From the NCBI GenBank assembly GCA_043228905.1, contig JBHGNT010000007.1, positions 18,228,001-18,292,000 on the forward strand: a stretch of DNA of 64,000 nucleotides, in the 5' to 3' direction. The notes below the pieces were generated by a model. That model worked only from the letters and a program-made list of their open reading frames with translations, did no database searches and was not told the DNA's origin. The position numbers and the translations under genes were made by a program. Below, one piece after another: positions 13,601 through 25,551 of the stretch. Positions within the stretch are counted from its first letter, which is position 1. Every line of letters begins with the position of its first letter. The DNA comes from Azolla caroliniana (lineage: Eukaryota; Plantae; Polypodiophyta).

Positions 13601-14821
13601 ACGCCAACTACCCAACATGGGAGGAAGCGGCAAGTCGAGTGTCGTACTGCTTGGCGTCATGTGCTCACGACCACATGCTCGGCTACATTTGAGAAGCCAA
13701 GATGCCGAAATATGCTTGGGAGAATCTCAAGAAGATTTTCGCAGCCAACACAATTGCACGAAAGCTCCAACTTCGACCAGAGTTGAACAATTTCCAATAG
13801 AAGGACATGTAGATCACAAGCTACACCTTGAAGATCAAGGAGCTATGTGACTCACTTGGCTCAATCAACCTAAATGTTGATGATGACGAAATGGTGCGTA
13901 TGAGAGAAGAGAGAATAGACACAAGGCTATAGACAGAATCTAGAAACTGTATATTTCACAAGAAACAATAACAACCAACATTACATGGGAGAGAGGAGGG
14001 TGATTACAGGGTCACTCTCTCTATATACTCTCTCACTAAAATGACCTTCTCGGGAAAGGGGGGGAAACCTTAACTAACTCTATAATTATGTGTCACAAAA
14101 ATTATGTTCTATGACACATTAATTATTGTTACATAGTGGTGTGTGTTCACACTCTAGTTGAGTTTGATTCTCAATAGAAACAAATAAATGTTTAAACAAT
14201 ATTGAATTAAAGGAAGAAGTGAAAGAAGAAAAATAAACGCAATGAGACAAGATTCGTGTGAAAAAAAAAATTGTATACACAATAAAGTCGAGGGTCGATA
14301 TATGGCGGTGATATTGTCTTTAATTTGCATATTATACAAGTGATGAATCAAAACACCAAGACATTTAAAACATGTAATATGTACAATACAATATTCACTT
14401 CCATGTATCAGAACTATCATTTTCCATGTTTATGCCATCATCTTCAGACCCACCAAATGAACTAGTAGGAGTTTGTGAGGTCTCATCCTCATCATCAGTG
14501 ACAACCATAGATTTACATATTTGCATTTGTGGGGGTTTCCAAACTCCTTTTTTAGTTTCCTAGATATAAAAAGGGGACAATGAAAAAGGGACTTGACACT
14601 AATAAATTTTTATAATAAATGTAAAAGTATTCGTTTTATTTTAAATAAATGAATAAAATGAGATATAGGTTCATTAATTCCCCACTTTTTATTCTCCCAA
14701 ATTTTACGGATATTTTTATCTAACATTAAAAATGGGACTTCACACTAATCATATTTCTATAATAAATATAAAAATATTCATTTTTAAAAATTAATAAATA
14801 TATTAAATAAAGGCTCATAAA

Positions 14822-17800
14822 CAGTGTTGGGCAAAGTCCTAGGAACAGTGTTAGCGTTCCGGTTGGGTTGGGACTTTTGCCGGCCAAGGTGGGGGACAGC
14901 TGGAATTGATTCCGGCCAAGTTTTCCTACCAACCGGAATCTAGCCGGTTCATATTTTTTGAACCGGTTATTTATATAGTTTATGTAAAAAATAAAGGTAA
15001 AAAAAAGTTTTTATATATATTTTTCATGTTTTTCCCCTTTTTTTGTTTTACTTTCCCCCCTCTTTTTGTTTTTCTCCCTCTCTGTCGTCATCTGATTTCT
15101 TGCTACTCCCTCCTTGCTCGTTGCTCCCTCCTCGTTGCTCACTGCTCCCTCCTCATTGCTCGTTGCCGTTCCTCCTTCCTACTTCCTAGTTGTTCGTTAA
15201 CAACTGCTTGTTATTCATTGTTCATTCATTGCTCACTGCTCACTGCCCACAGCTCGTTGCTTCTCCCTCGTTGATTGTCGGCGGCCTCTCATCACTCAGA
15301 AATTGCCGCTCGTCACTCACTGATTGCTGCTCGTCACTCGTCGCCCATCATTCGTCACTCAGCTCTCACCACTCGACGATTCGCGCGCATTACTTGTCGC
15401 TCGTTGAATCAAAGAAGGTATCCTCAATCTTCATCTTGATTATAAATTTAGTGATAGCAGGGAACCCATGAGATATGGTATACAATCTTTAAAACAAAAT
15501 TAAGGGACATGTGCCATTGTGTTTGTAGAGGTAGGAGAAAATTGTTGAATTCCCAATGTTAGCATGGGATTTCTATTCTGAAATAGGAAGGTAAGCAAGT
15601 GGTATTTATACAATGTAAACATGAAACTTGTTTCCCAGTGAAGCTCTGATATGTGCTTCCTTTGTTCTATGTGAAACTACTCCCAGAAAAGAGTTAAGAA
15701 CTGATTAGCATTTGTTTTCTATCTGAAGGTTCTTATACAAAATGTCTAATTTCCTTACTGCTGGTTTATTTTTGCTGTGTGTTATGTGTTCTGATCCTCG
15801 AGTCAGATTCATCTTGTAAGAGCTATTTTGCCTCAGGATTTAGGGTCATAGTTAGCTTAGTATTAATAGTGGTCACAGATTTGCCCTTGCTGATATGACT
15901 ACATAATTTTGGATAATCTTGACAAATAAGGTGATACCAAAATACACGGTATTCACTAAGCTAATTGTTTTTAGTTAGTAGAAATATCTTGCTTGCAGTG
16001 CTATTAAAGATTTGAGGCACGGATGTTTGTCAATAGCTTCATTATATTCTTGTATTTGCATCAAGATCCACCCATAAGATAAAAGAATCATTCTAGTAGA
16101 GCATTTTGAATAGTTTTTACACCGTCTTACCTTAGTATATTATAGTAAGGGGACAGAAAGGATCATTAACATTCTCTTCATCTAGATAAAATCAAATGAA
16201 GTGTACATCTCCTGATTATTACTATTCTGAAGCATTCTACTCAGGGATAAAAACCATAATAAAAGGCAAATGTGATATAGGGAGATTAATTGCTAATATA
16301 AGGTTTTATTGGTGAGAATGCTTAGTGCAAGTTGTAGTAGTGATGCATGGAAGCAATTGATCGAGTGTATGGAGATTATTATGAGATTGCCAAGAATTTG
16401 AAGTAGAGAAGAATATGGGAGCAACTCAGCTAATAGCTAGAACAAACAATTAGAAGTACAATCTCATCATATGTTAGATATTTTTTATATAAAGGTCACC
16501 TTATTAAAATTCTGTGTGTAGTAATGTTGCACATGCTTTGCAACATTAAGATCATGTCTTCAAGCCTTGAGCAATGGAAACCTAACATTCCTCTATGTGA
16601 CATTAATACCGTCGTCTCTCTTGGTTTCTACTTGGTCATCATGATCTAGACTATTGTTATTAATTAACCTCCTTAATAACTTGTTGACATTGAGTTCATT
16701 TCTCAACTTTGTAATTGCTATATTTTTGGTTAGGCATTTTCATAAAGTTTGTACATATGTTAGTCTGGAAGGTTTCAATGTGATCAATGTTTTACTTAGG
16801 CTTATTATAATCACATCTACAACTGAGTGCTAATCACATTACAACATCTAGATAAATAACTTACTTGATGGGAGATAAGTTTAGATAAATCGAGTGCTAA
16901 TCACTTATAGAACATTTAAACTTGCGATTCCACCAATGTTTTATCATTTAGAGTATGATTTGGATTATCTTAACACACCAAGACCTCTAAATTTGTAGTT
17001 GTAGCTTTTTAGACAGAAAGTTATTGTCTTTTATCTAAAAAGCGACTCACTACATGCTATTGGTTCACTTTGGAATATCACTAGATGAACCAACAAATTT
17101 GAGATGAGAATCATCATGTAATTCAAACACATGTAGTGGACGATAGGTTGAAAATTGGGAGGGAATTATGTACAACAAATTATCTTAGCACAAGAAAAGC
17201 ATAGAAAGATGATGGGAATAGACAAGAATAAATCACAAGGAAGCATGTATATTCTATTACTACCTCGCATTCGTATTGTCATCTTGTTTGTGATCTCTAA
17301 AGTGTATCTCAAAATCTTTCCTACTAGATGCATTTTGTGGGAAAACGAATTTCTTGACATATTTGAAATGATTTTAGCTATGATTTCCTTCTTTTTGACA
17401 TATTTCTTGTTTGGAAATTTACATTAGCAGCATGTGATTCTATGTGTTGAATATGATGTCTTTCTTGGCTGTTGCAAATCAATTTCTGTCCATTACTCCC
17501 ATTTGTAAATCAATTCTAATTTATATCTTAAGTTTTTGTGATCTCTAAAGTGTATCTCAAAATCTCAGTGTTCTAAACTAGAGCTTATTTAATGTGGGTA
17601 AGCTAATGTGAGCCATCCTCTTTCTTCTTTATTTTCTGATAGATTGGAAGGTCCATAGTGGAAAATTGATCCTTTATTGCCTCAGAAACTTCAAATATCC
17701 TAGGTATCTTAATTTGTTTTTTCTTTTTGGAAACATGGATTGTGTATGTAGGTTTCGCCTTCTTGTAAATAGAATCCATATATTATGTTAGTCAAACATT

Positions 17801-20414
17801 CTTTGCATTATTGTTACAGACTTATAGTATGTCCCAAAACAAGAATATGAAAGGCAAAGGAAAGCAAATTAGCCTCTTTACAATGCCCGACTTTAGGAAA
17901 AACTTGCCATCTAAAGAAGATGTGTCTCTAGAAGAGCCTATAAAGGACCATCAACACTCCGAAGAATTACTTCATGAGATGAATAGAATTAGTAAGGCCA
18001 AACTAAAATTTCAAGAAGATTGGCTTACTAAAATTAAGTGGCTTCAAGAGGATTTAGAAACTGGTCTTTTATGGTGTAGTTATTGTAGGAGTGATCCTCA
18101 TAGTAAGTCTTCATTTGGCAAAACAGGTGCCAAAAACTTTAAGACTTCCGCATTAGAAGAACATGCAAGAAGTGTGGCCCATCGAGATGCCATTTTGTTA
18201 CAAGAACGTGACAAGAATGGTCTTGAAAAATGTGCATAAAAAAAAAGCAAGTGTGGATGTAGCAATTGAAAAATTGTTTAAATGTGCATATTTTATAGCT
18301 AAAGAGGATTTAGCATTTAGAAAATTGGAAAGCCTCTTACGATTGTTAAGAGAATGTGGTGTGGAAGGCCTTCCACGAATGTAGAACGATAATAAGGCTT
18401 GTGCAAGCTTTATCTTGCACATTAGCAAGGCTCTTGAAGCTGAGATCTATGATAGGTTGAGGAAAAGTCCTTGGTTTGGGCTTATGGTAGATGAAGCTAC
18501 CGATGTAAGCGTAACCAAGAACTTGATTCTTTATGCTACATTTGTGGAAGGAAGGCAAGTAAGAACCTCTTATTTGGGGTTACTTGAAGTAGAGGATGGT
18601 ACATCAAACACAATAACAGAAAGCATTTTAGCATTATTAAAAAAGTGGAACTTAGATGTTAGAAAAATGATGGGATTCGGAAGTGATGGAGCATCTGTTA
18701 TGGTAGGTATGTCTACAGGTGTTGCTACAAGATTGAAGTCATATAACCCATTTATGACTTCCTTACATTGTTGTGCACATCGAACAAACTTGTGTGTGCA
18801 AGAGGCTTCAAAGAACATTGAAGTCAAAGAAACATGTAAGCAGTTAGATGCCCTTGTGAATCGGGTGGCTGCACATTTCTCGAGGAGCTCATTGCGCCAA
18901 GGTGAATTAACTAAGATGCAAGATGCACTAGAATACACACATTTGCATATTCTTGGGATTGTGAAAACACGATGGCTTAGTCAGCATGGTGCTATCATGA
19001 GGGTATGTGATGTGTATGAACCCTTGATGAAGACTTTACAATCGCAAAGTGATGCATACAATGTATTCGTAAGTTTAAGAAACTTCAAAGTAGTGTATAT
19101 GCTTCACTTTCTTGCAGATGTACTTAAGATCATGTCAACGTTAAGTATGGAATTCCAAAAGGAATATGTGGATGTGACATGCATTGGAGGTTTGGCTATG
19201 ATAGCCATTGGGGAGATCGAAGAACAATTTCTCCATCATGTTATGATGGATCTAAATGGTTTTGAGAAGGATAGCTATAGTTATCCAATTATTCCAAAAT
19301 ATGGTAGAGAAAAAGGAATGCTTTCAGTTTTAAGAGATGCTATTAAAGGTAATATGTATAAAAGCATCCTCATGGATAGATGTATTGATGGTGAGGACTT
19401 GATTGAAGCCATACAATTCCAAACTTTGTTTTCTAAGGCATTAATAGAGACAATAAAAAAGAGGCTTCAAGATCCGGTAACTCTTTGCGCATTGAAAATG
19501 TTATCACCAATGAACATGTCTGCCAGATCTACAAGCATTTTAGCACGAAAAACTATGGGTCTTAATGAGTTGAAAACACTTGGAAATTTTTATGGCATTC
19601 AAAAAATGGTAGATGGGAGAGCGTTTTCTCCCATAATTGATAATGATAAATTGTATGATGAATATGCAATTTTCAAAAGGCAAGCTACCACGAAATGGCT
19701 TGGAAGAGATTTCTTAGATGTTTGGGGTATGATAAATTGTAATGATGTGTGGAAAGAAAAGTTACCCGAACTTCTAAAGATTGCATTGATAGGTTTAATC
19801 CAATGTTCTTCTACCACAGCGTGTGAGAGAGCTTTTAGTCGCCTAAATCTAATAAAAAATAAGTTTAGAAATAGGCTGAAAAACAATGCGATTGATGCAT
19901 TGATACGAATCTCTATTGAAGGACCTGAACTTGAAGAACATGACTTCAATGCTAGCATTTTGTTATGGCGAGAAAGCAAGGCATATCGTCATATTTTTAC
20001 AAGAACTTCTCATGAGCATGATGATGAGATCGAGGACTTCATAGAAGATATTGATTAAAACTTTATAAATGTGATCGATTTTGTTTTGGAACTTTCTATA
20101 TATTACATCTAATTTGATCTAATATGTTGTTAATGCTACTTTACAAAGGTTTGAAAAGTGAAATATGTTTATAAAGTTAGAATTTTTTTTGGAAAATATA
20201 TATCTTTAGTTTTTGGGTTCCAAAATTTTATAATTGATTTGATTTGGTATTGCATTAGATTTTTTTTTGGTTATGCGGCCAAAAAAAATTTCAACATGTT
20301 CCGGTTGACATTGTTGTTGGTAGGAACGGGGCTGGCCAAAATTTTAAAATTCCGGTTAGGTTCATGAGAAGTAAGAAAATTTCCGGTAGGGGCTACAAAC
20401 TTTGCCCAACACTA
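14822..20414 (+). mobile_element. Full-length hAT DNA transposon (5593 bp)
   Basis: 16-bp TIRs (C/T)AGTGTTGGGCAAAGT, perfect 8-bp TSD CTCATAAA (14814-14821, 20415-20422), CCGG-rich subterminal regions and an internal transposase. Confidence 0.93.
17829..20058 (+). pseudogene. hAT transposase (TTF-type zinc finger, DUF4371/ZNF862-like core, C-terminal dimerisation domain) with one frameshift and one in-frame stop
   Basis: KFQEDW..WL..LWCSYC..EHARSVAH zinc finger; motifs VDEATD, SDGASVM, HCCAHR, TRWLS, CERAFSRLNLIK. Frameshift in the A-run at ~18238-18247 and TAG at 18382-18384. Confidence 0.88.
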
Positions 20415-21039
20415 CTCATAAACTCCCCTTTTTGCGATTTGACACTATTAAAGAGACTTAATACTCATATTCTTATAATTTATTAATGAATAATTGTTCT
20501 TTTCTTAGTGAATTTTAATTTTTTAAATTTTTTTTTGAAAAAATGAATTAATTATTATTTTTTATATTTATTTTGCAAAACGAATGGTTTTATAATATTC
20601 TTGGGCCATTCCATATTCTCGAATATTGTGAATATCTCGCATGGAGAATATCACGCATGTGGCAATCTATGGTGGCAACTAATGCATTGTCTTCATCCGA
20701 TTACAATCCAACCTCACCATGGTTATTAGTCATGTTTCTCGTTTGTCTTTGTGTTGTGTCTGGAGCCACATTTGGGATCTTCTCTTTTAGTATCTTGATT
20801 TTGCTGTTTTCAATGAGAATCCGTTGCAGTGCATCAGATTCTCATTAAAAGTGTTTGTTTTTGAAAAAAAAATTAATCAAAAAAAAACTTTCAACCAAAA
20901 TCCGAAGCATTACATGGATTTTGCTATTTTCAACAGAAATCCGATGCAATGCATTGAATTTTGGTTGAAAAGTTTTTTTCTTTACAATTTTTATTTAAAA
21001 AAATATTACAACAGAGGGTAAAGGGAATTAACTTTGACA

Positions 21040-21400
21040 TGGTATCAGAGCGCGAGGTTTGATAATCCTCTGCTATTGACGAGTGACGTTCATAGACAAA
21101 ACCTAGCACCCGGTAAAGAACAGGAAGCAAGGTATGAACAGAAGCATGGCGAGCTCGCTTCCAACAGAAAAGCTCGACCGGAGCAACTATGCGTCCTGGT
21201 CATATAAAATGCACCAATACATGTTGGGGCATGGATATTGGAGCTACGTGGAAGGAGCGAATGAAGCAGCGCCGGATTCGGCACACAAGGACTTTCCGGT
21301 ATGGGAGCAAGGAGCCAACAAAGTGTTGTACTGTCTCGTGTCCTGTGTGCACGACTAGATGCTCAGCTATATCAGAGACGCAAAGTCGCCAAAGGAGGCA
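21040..21400 (+). mobile_element. Copia PBS plus N-terminal gag fragment (truncated)
   Basis: TGGTATCAGAGC at 21040-21051. The peptide LPTEKLDRSNYASWSYKMHQYMLGHGYW...VLYCLVSCVHD is homologous to gag of the other Copia copies. Homology ends abruptly at 21400. Confidence 0.8.
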
Positions 21401-24400
21401 TCGGTTAGGTAAAAGTTTTAACTATGGTAAAGTAAGAAACATAGAGTATGAAGATAGTAATTCCCCCAATATCTTCCTTGACATTGAGAGCTCAGTGGGT
21501 ACACATTCTAGTTTGGGGTTTCTACTTGGAGTAAACTATCATTTTTTCTATGACTAAAAGGTTATTGTAGTTCAGTTTCTATCCATGGGTAAGATGTCAT
21601 GTGTCATTGGTTACAAGGTTATTCACAATTTCTTAAAACATTCTAGTTTTCTAAAGTTAAGGTGGTTTGCATTGTTATATAAATTTCTTCTCTCGAAATA
21701 CTAGTAATTCAAGAATATGGCAATTATTCTAGTTACTCCTATAATGTTAGACAACCACCATTAAAGAATTTTATAGTTAACCCATTCCACATGTATCTAT
21801 TAAGAGCCTTTAAAGAATATGGGAATTATTAAATTTTTACGTGTAACCCGTTCCACATGTAACTATTAAGAGCCTTTGAAGAATATGTGAATTATTAAAT
21901 CTTTCCATGTAACTGCAAACTCCACACATCATTTAAAAATGCATCCATGTGGACTGCCAATGGTTCCCTCTTCCACGATAATGCATCCTAATGCAAAACA
22001 AAGTTACAATAGGCTTATTCTGAAATCAAGTTTTAAACATGATAGCAAGTTGAGAACCACAATCTACATTTTGAGGAAAATCAATAAGAGAGTGGATTGC
22101 ATTTAATACTTAAAGACATATCAATATAAATAGACATAAATTTAGTATTGTAAAATTTGTTCAATGGGGTACTATTTTCATATTTTGCATAATCAGGGTT
22201 AATACAATTAAGCTTGCATGGAATTCCATTCTTTATCTCAAAATTTGGATTAAAAACATGACAAATGGAAAATGAAACTATTGATTTTCGTTTCATGAAA
22301 ATAATTAGTTGAAATTTTTGGTATGTTTTAAGAAACCATGTATGCATTCGTCATACCATCATGAAATTGTGCTAAAATAAGCCATTTTTTAACATCTCCC
22401 CAAGAAATATAAAGAGAACACAACATATTATCTATTTCAAATGTCTCGGTGTTTCAAGGAATCAATGTAGAAAGCATCGATGTCCAAGAATAGAAAGAAC
22501 ATTGTCGGGATAATGCGTGTGTGTGCTACTCGGGCGGGACCATGTGGATATTGGATTATGGAGGTCACAAGGTTTGCGATGGCGCAGAGGATAGGTCCTA
22601 AACTCGAACAGAGCATAGAGTCGAACGGAGCTTAGAGTCGAATGTAGCCCAGAGTTGAGGGGAGCCCAAACTTGAGGGAACCCCAAAGTTGAAGGGAGCC
22701 TAGAGTCAAGGGGAAAGAATTGTTCTAAACACTAAGTTGGAAAACATGGTGTTACTCGTTTGGGAGAACGTCCTATTGTATGCACAATGGTCAACGATAC
22801 CGGGACGATACCAAGTTGGGAATCATACTTGAGGAAAATTGGGTTTACCTCAAAGGTATGTAATGTTTTTTGAAGTGAAGATTGTACTATCTCCTTATTA
22901 TGGTTGTAGTTAAGTATATGAAGAAAACTGGAAAAATAAGGTGAAGGATATGTGCCCAAAGATAATAATAAAAGGCAATAGGGCCTACAAAACCTATGAG
23001 ACTAACTCACATCTTCTATGACAAGTTTTTTGGAATTGCAATGGATGCCTATGGATTGTGGGATTAGCACAAATGAGTTTATTAATGAATAAGATATTAT
23101 AATTCTCATTGAAACTTGGGAGAACGATACTTAGAGAATAAAAAATTGGGAAACTATAATGTACACTCCGTGATATGGGTGAGAAAAGGAAGACAATGAA
23201 CAAGACAAGGAGGGATAACATTTGATTAAGAGGGAATTGGAAAATATGTTTTGATCATAAAAAAATATGAGCATAAATTTTACCTGTAGCTTCAATGTTG
23301 AGTGACAAGCTCAACATGAGCAAAATCAGCTAAAGGCTGAAAGGCCGAGGTGGTTGAAGAAGCCAAAAGCCAAACCAATTGAAGAAGTAGTTAGGTTCTA
23401 TATTCCTAATTTAGTAATAGGAATATAATACTATGTTTAGTTTCTAAGCTCATAAGTGAGTATTAAGTACTTTGTCAGTACTTGTGTCTGCCCATTGTCA
23501 AGGGCTTGTATAAAAATTGCTCGATGAGCACATTGCATGTATTGAGCACTATTATTTTTTCAATAGAAGTTTGTTGTTTGCTAACTCAATCTCTCTCCAT
23601 GTGTCTGTGTACTTCATTCTCTATGTATGCCTAGTTGTCTACTGTTGTCTGGCTCAACCGGTTGTATCTGTTGTATACAAGCCTCCACATTTTCAATTTT
23701 TCATTCAAATAGAAACAAGAAATGATATATCCACTTTACAATTGGATGCTACATTCCATATCAAGATTCTAAGTTTTGAGGCTTTTGTCGCTAAAATCGT
23801 GTTACCTATTCCAAGGTTCTAGTCATCTTAATATCTGTCGGTATGGGAGAGGAGTGGTAGGCTAGTTATGTATTGATCATGGCGCGAGTGTGATCGACAG
23901 GAATGGTTTCTTATGTCCAATCTATTTACCTTTCTTATACTTTAATTTGGTCTATTGATTAGTAATAAATTTTTAATATTAGTATCAAAGTGTTTACTAG
24001 CAAATTTTTTGTGATGTTTTTGTGTGAGCGATGGGGATCTAGCATGGCTCATCATGGTCTTCTCAAGCTCAAAATAACATTTCAAACCCGGTATTCTTCT
24101 TTCTCAATATCTCTTCTTTTCTATAATGACTTATTCTTGGTTGAATGAAAGTTTGTATTACAACTTCTTTTCTTTCTTTCTTCTTTATGTTTGCATGACA
24201 TGTTTTGTAGTATGTGAAATTGTACCAATGATAATAATTATCATCGTGCATTGGGGAAAGTGTGTTTCCACTAATCCCACATGCTTAATTCATAACCGTT
24301 TTGCAAATTGCATTTTTTATACCACTCTCCCCTCTATTGAGTTATTTGTTGGTTGATTCTATGGGACGTGATGGTCATCATGAGGTGCATGTCTACCACC

Positions 24401-25349
24401 CTAGGGCATCTTACCTTAGGACATGTGTAATGTTTCACTCACACCTATTTTTTCTTTTTCTAATTACATGGTTGTCTTCCTACTTCCTTGTGATTGTTCT
24501 CATCATTGCCATCTCCCTTCCACACTTAACTCTATTTTTTACCCTTTATTTTCATGATAAACTTTAGTAGAGTTATTCTTAAGAAAGTTTAGTGTAGGAA
24601 TAAAGAGTGGGCATCAATAAAACCTTCCAAGTTTTAATAAGCTTGAAGTTTATGGAAAAAATCTAAACAACTTCCAAATAATATAAGTAAACCCATTTCT
24701 CATAAGGAATGAGAAAGTAAGATTAATATGAATTAAGTTTATAAGTATTGAAAAAAAAACATTTGGTCAAGTTTCGGTGAGGCCCGCCAACGAACAACTA
24801 GTATGTTGCCTTTTGTTGTAGGATCCACGCACCCTCGTTTTGTTGTCTCTTAACTCTTGACCACCCACAAATATCATTTTTCCAACCACCAAATCAATTA
24901 ATAAATTCTTACATACCCATCAAGACCAAGAAATTCCCCGCCCTAAATATCTTTAAGAAAATAATTGGAGAAGAAGACAGAAGAATCAGAAAACCCATCA
25001 AATTTAACACCAAATCCTAAAATCCTAGATTCCCAAGCGTTCTCTTGCTCTCTCCTCCCCCAAAACACAAAACCTAACCATCCCCCTTTTTCCCCAAGGC
25101 CCCCAAAAGAGAGAAAACACCCAACTTACTAACTTACTGTAGTATCTCCCTAAGTCCACATCAACACTTTTTCATTTCGTTATACCCTCAGACACGCCAT
25201 GTCACGACAACGTCCCATATTATTGACAAGTATGTACATGGCCAGATGACAAGTTTGCCTATTAACATTTAAACCTTCAAAGTTGAACTACAAGATAGCA
25301 ACCAACCAATCATGTATAATTTAGCTTGATATAACATAGATGGATATCT

Positions 25350-25408
25350 ATCTATATATATATATATATACATCATATATATATATATACATCATATATA
25401 TATATATA

Positions 25409-25471
<63 letters not shown>
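25350..25471. repeat. Compound (TA)n/(GA)n microsatellite (second copy ~32431-32552)
   Basis: Directly visible; repeat counts differ slightly between the duplicated units. Confidence 0.9.
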
Positions 25472-25473
<2 letters not shown>

Positions 25474-25551
25474 CTTGTAATGATTTCTCTCATTTCACTT
25501 TTCTATGTAATTATTAACCAATAATTGATTCTGTTCTTTGTCCATTGTTCA

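Larger units (their letters stand above)
5320..14176 (-). mobile_element. Decayed Ty1/Copia LTR retrotransposon (same family as 25552/32633), host of several nested insertions; 5' LTR remnant ~13899-14176
   Basis: Frameshifted RT (YKARVVVEGYAQTHGVNYEEIFASVAKMTTIR), integrase C-terminus (HIPDEKRQKIDPKSEKCILIG), protease (VWFVDFG) and gag fragments. The LTR remnant ending ...gtttgattctcaata resembles 36356-36764. Confidence 0.85.

Noticed and set aside
23285-23820. LTR-like stretch (TATA plus CT/GT-rich tract) in the duplicated unit
   Set aside because: No convincing TG...CA boundaries or TSD could be defined.
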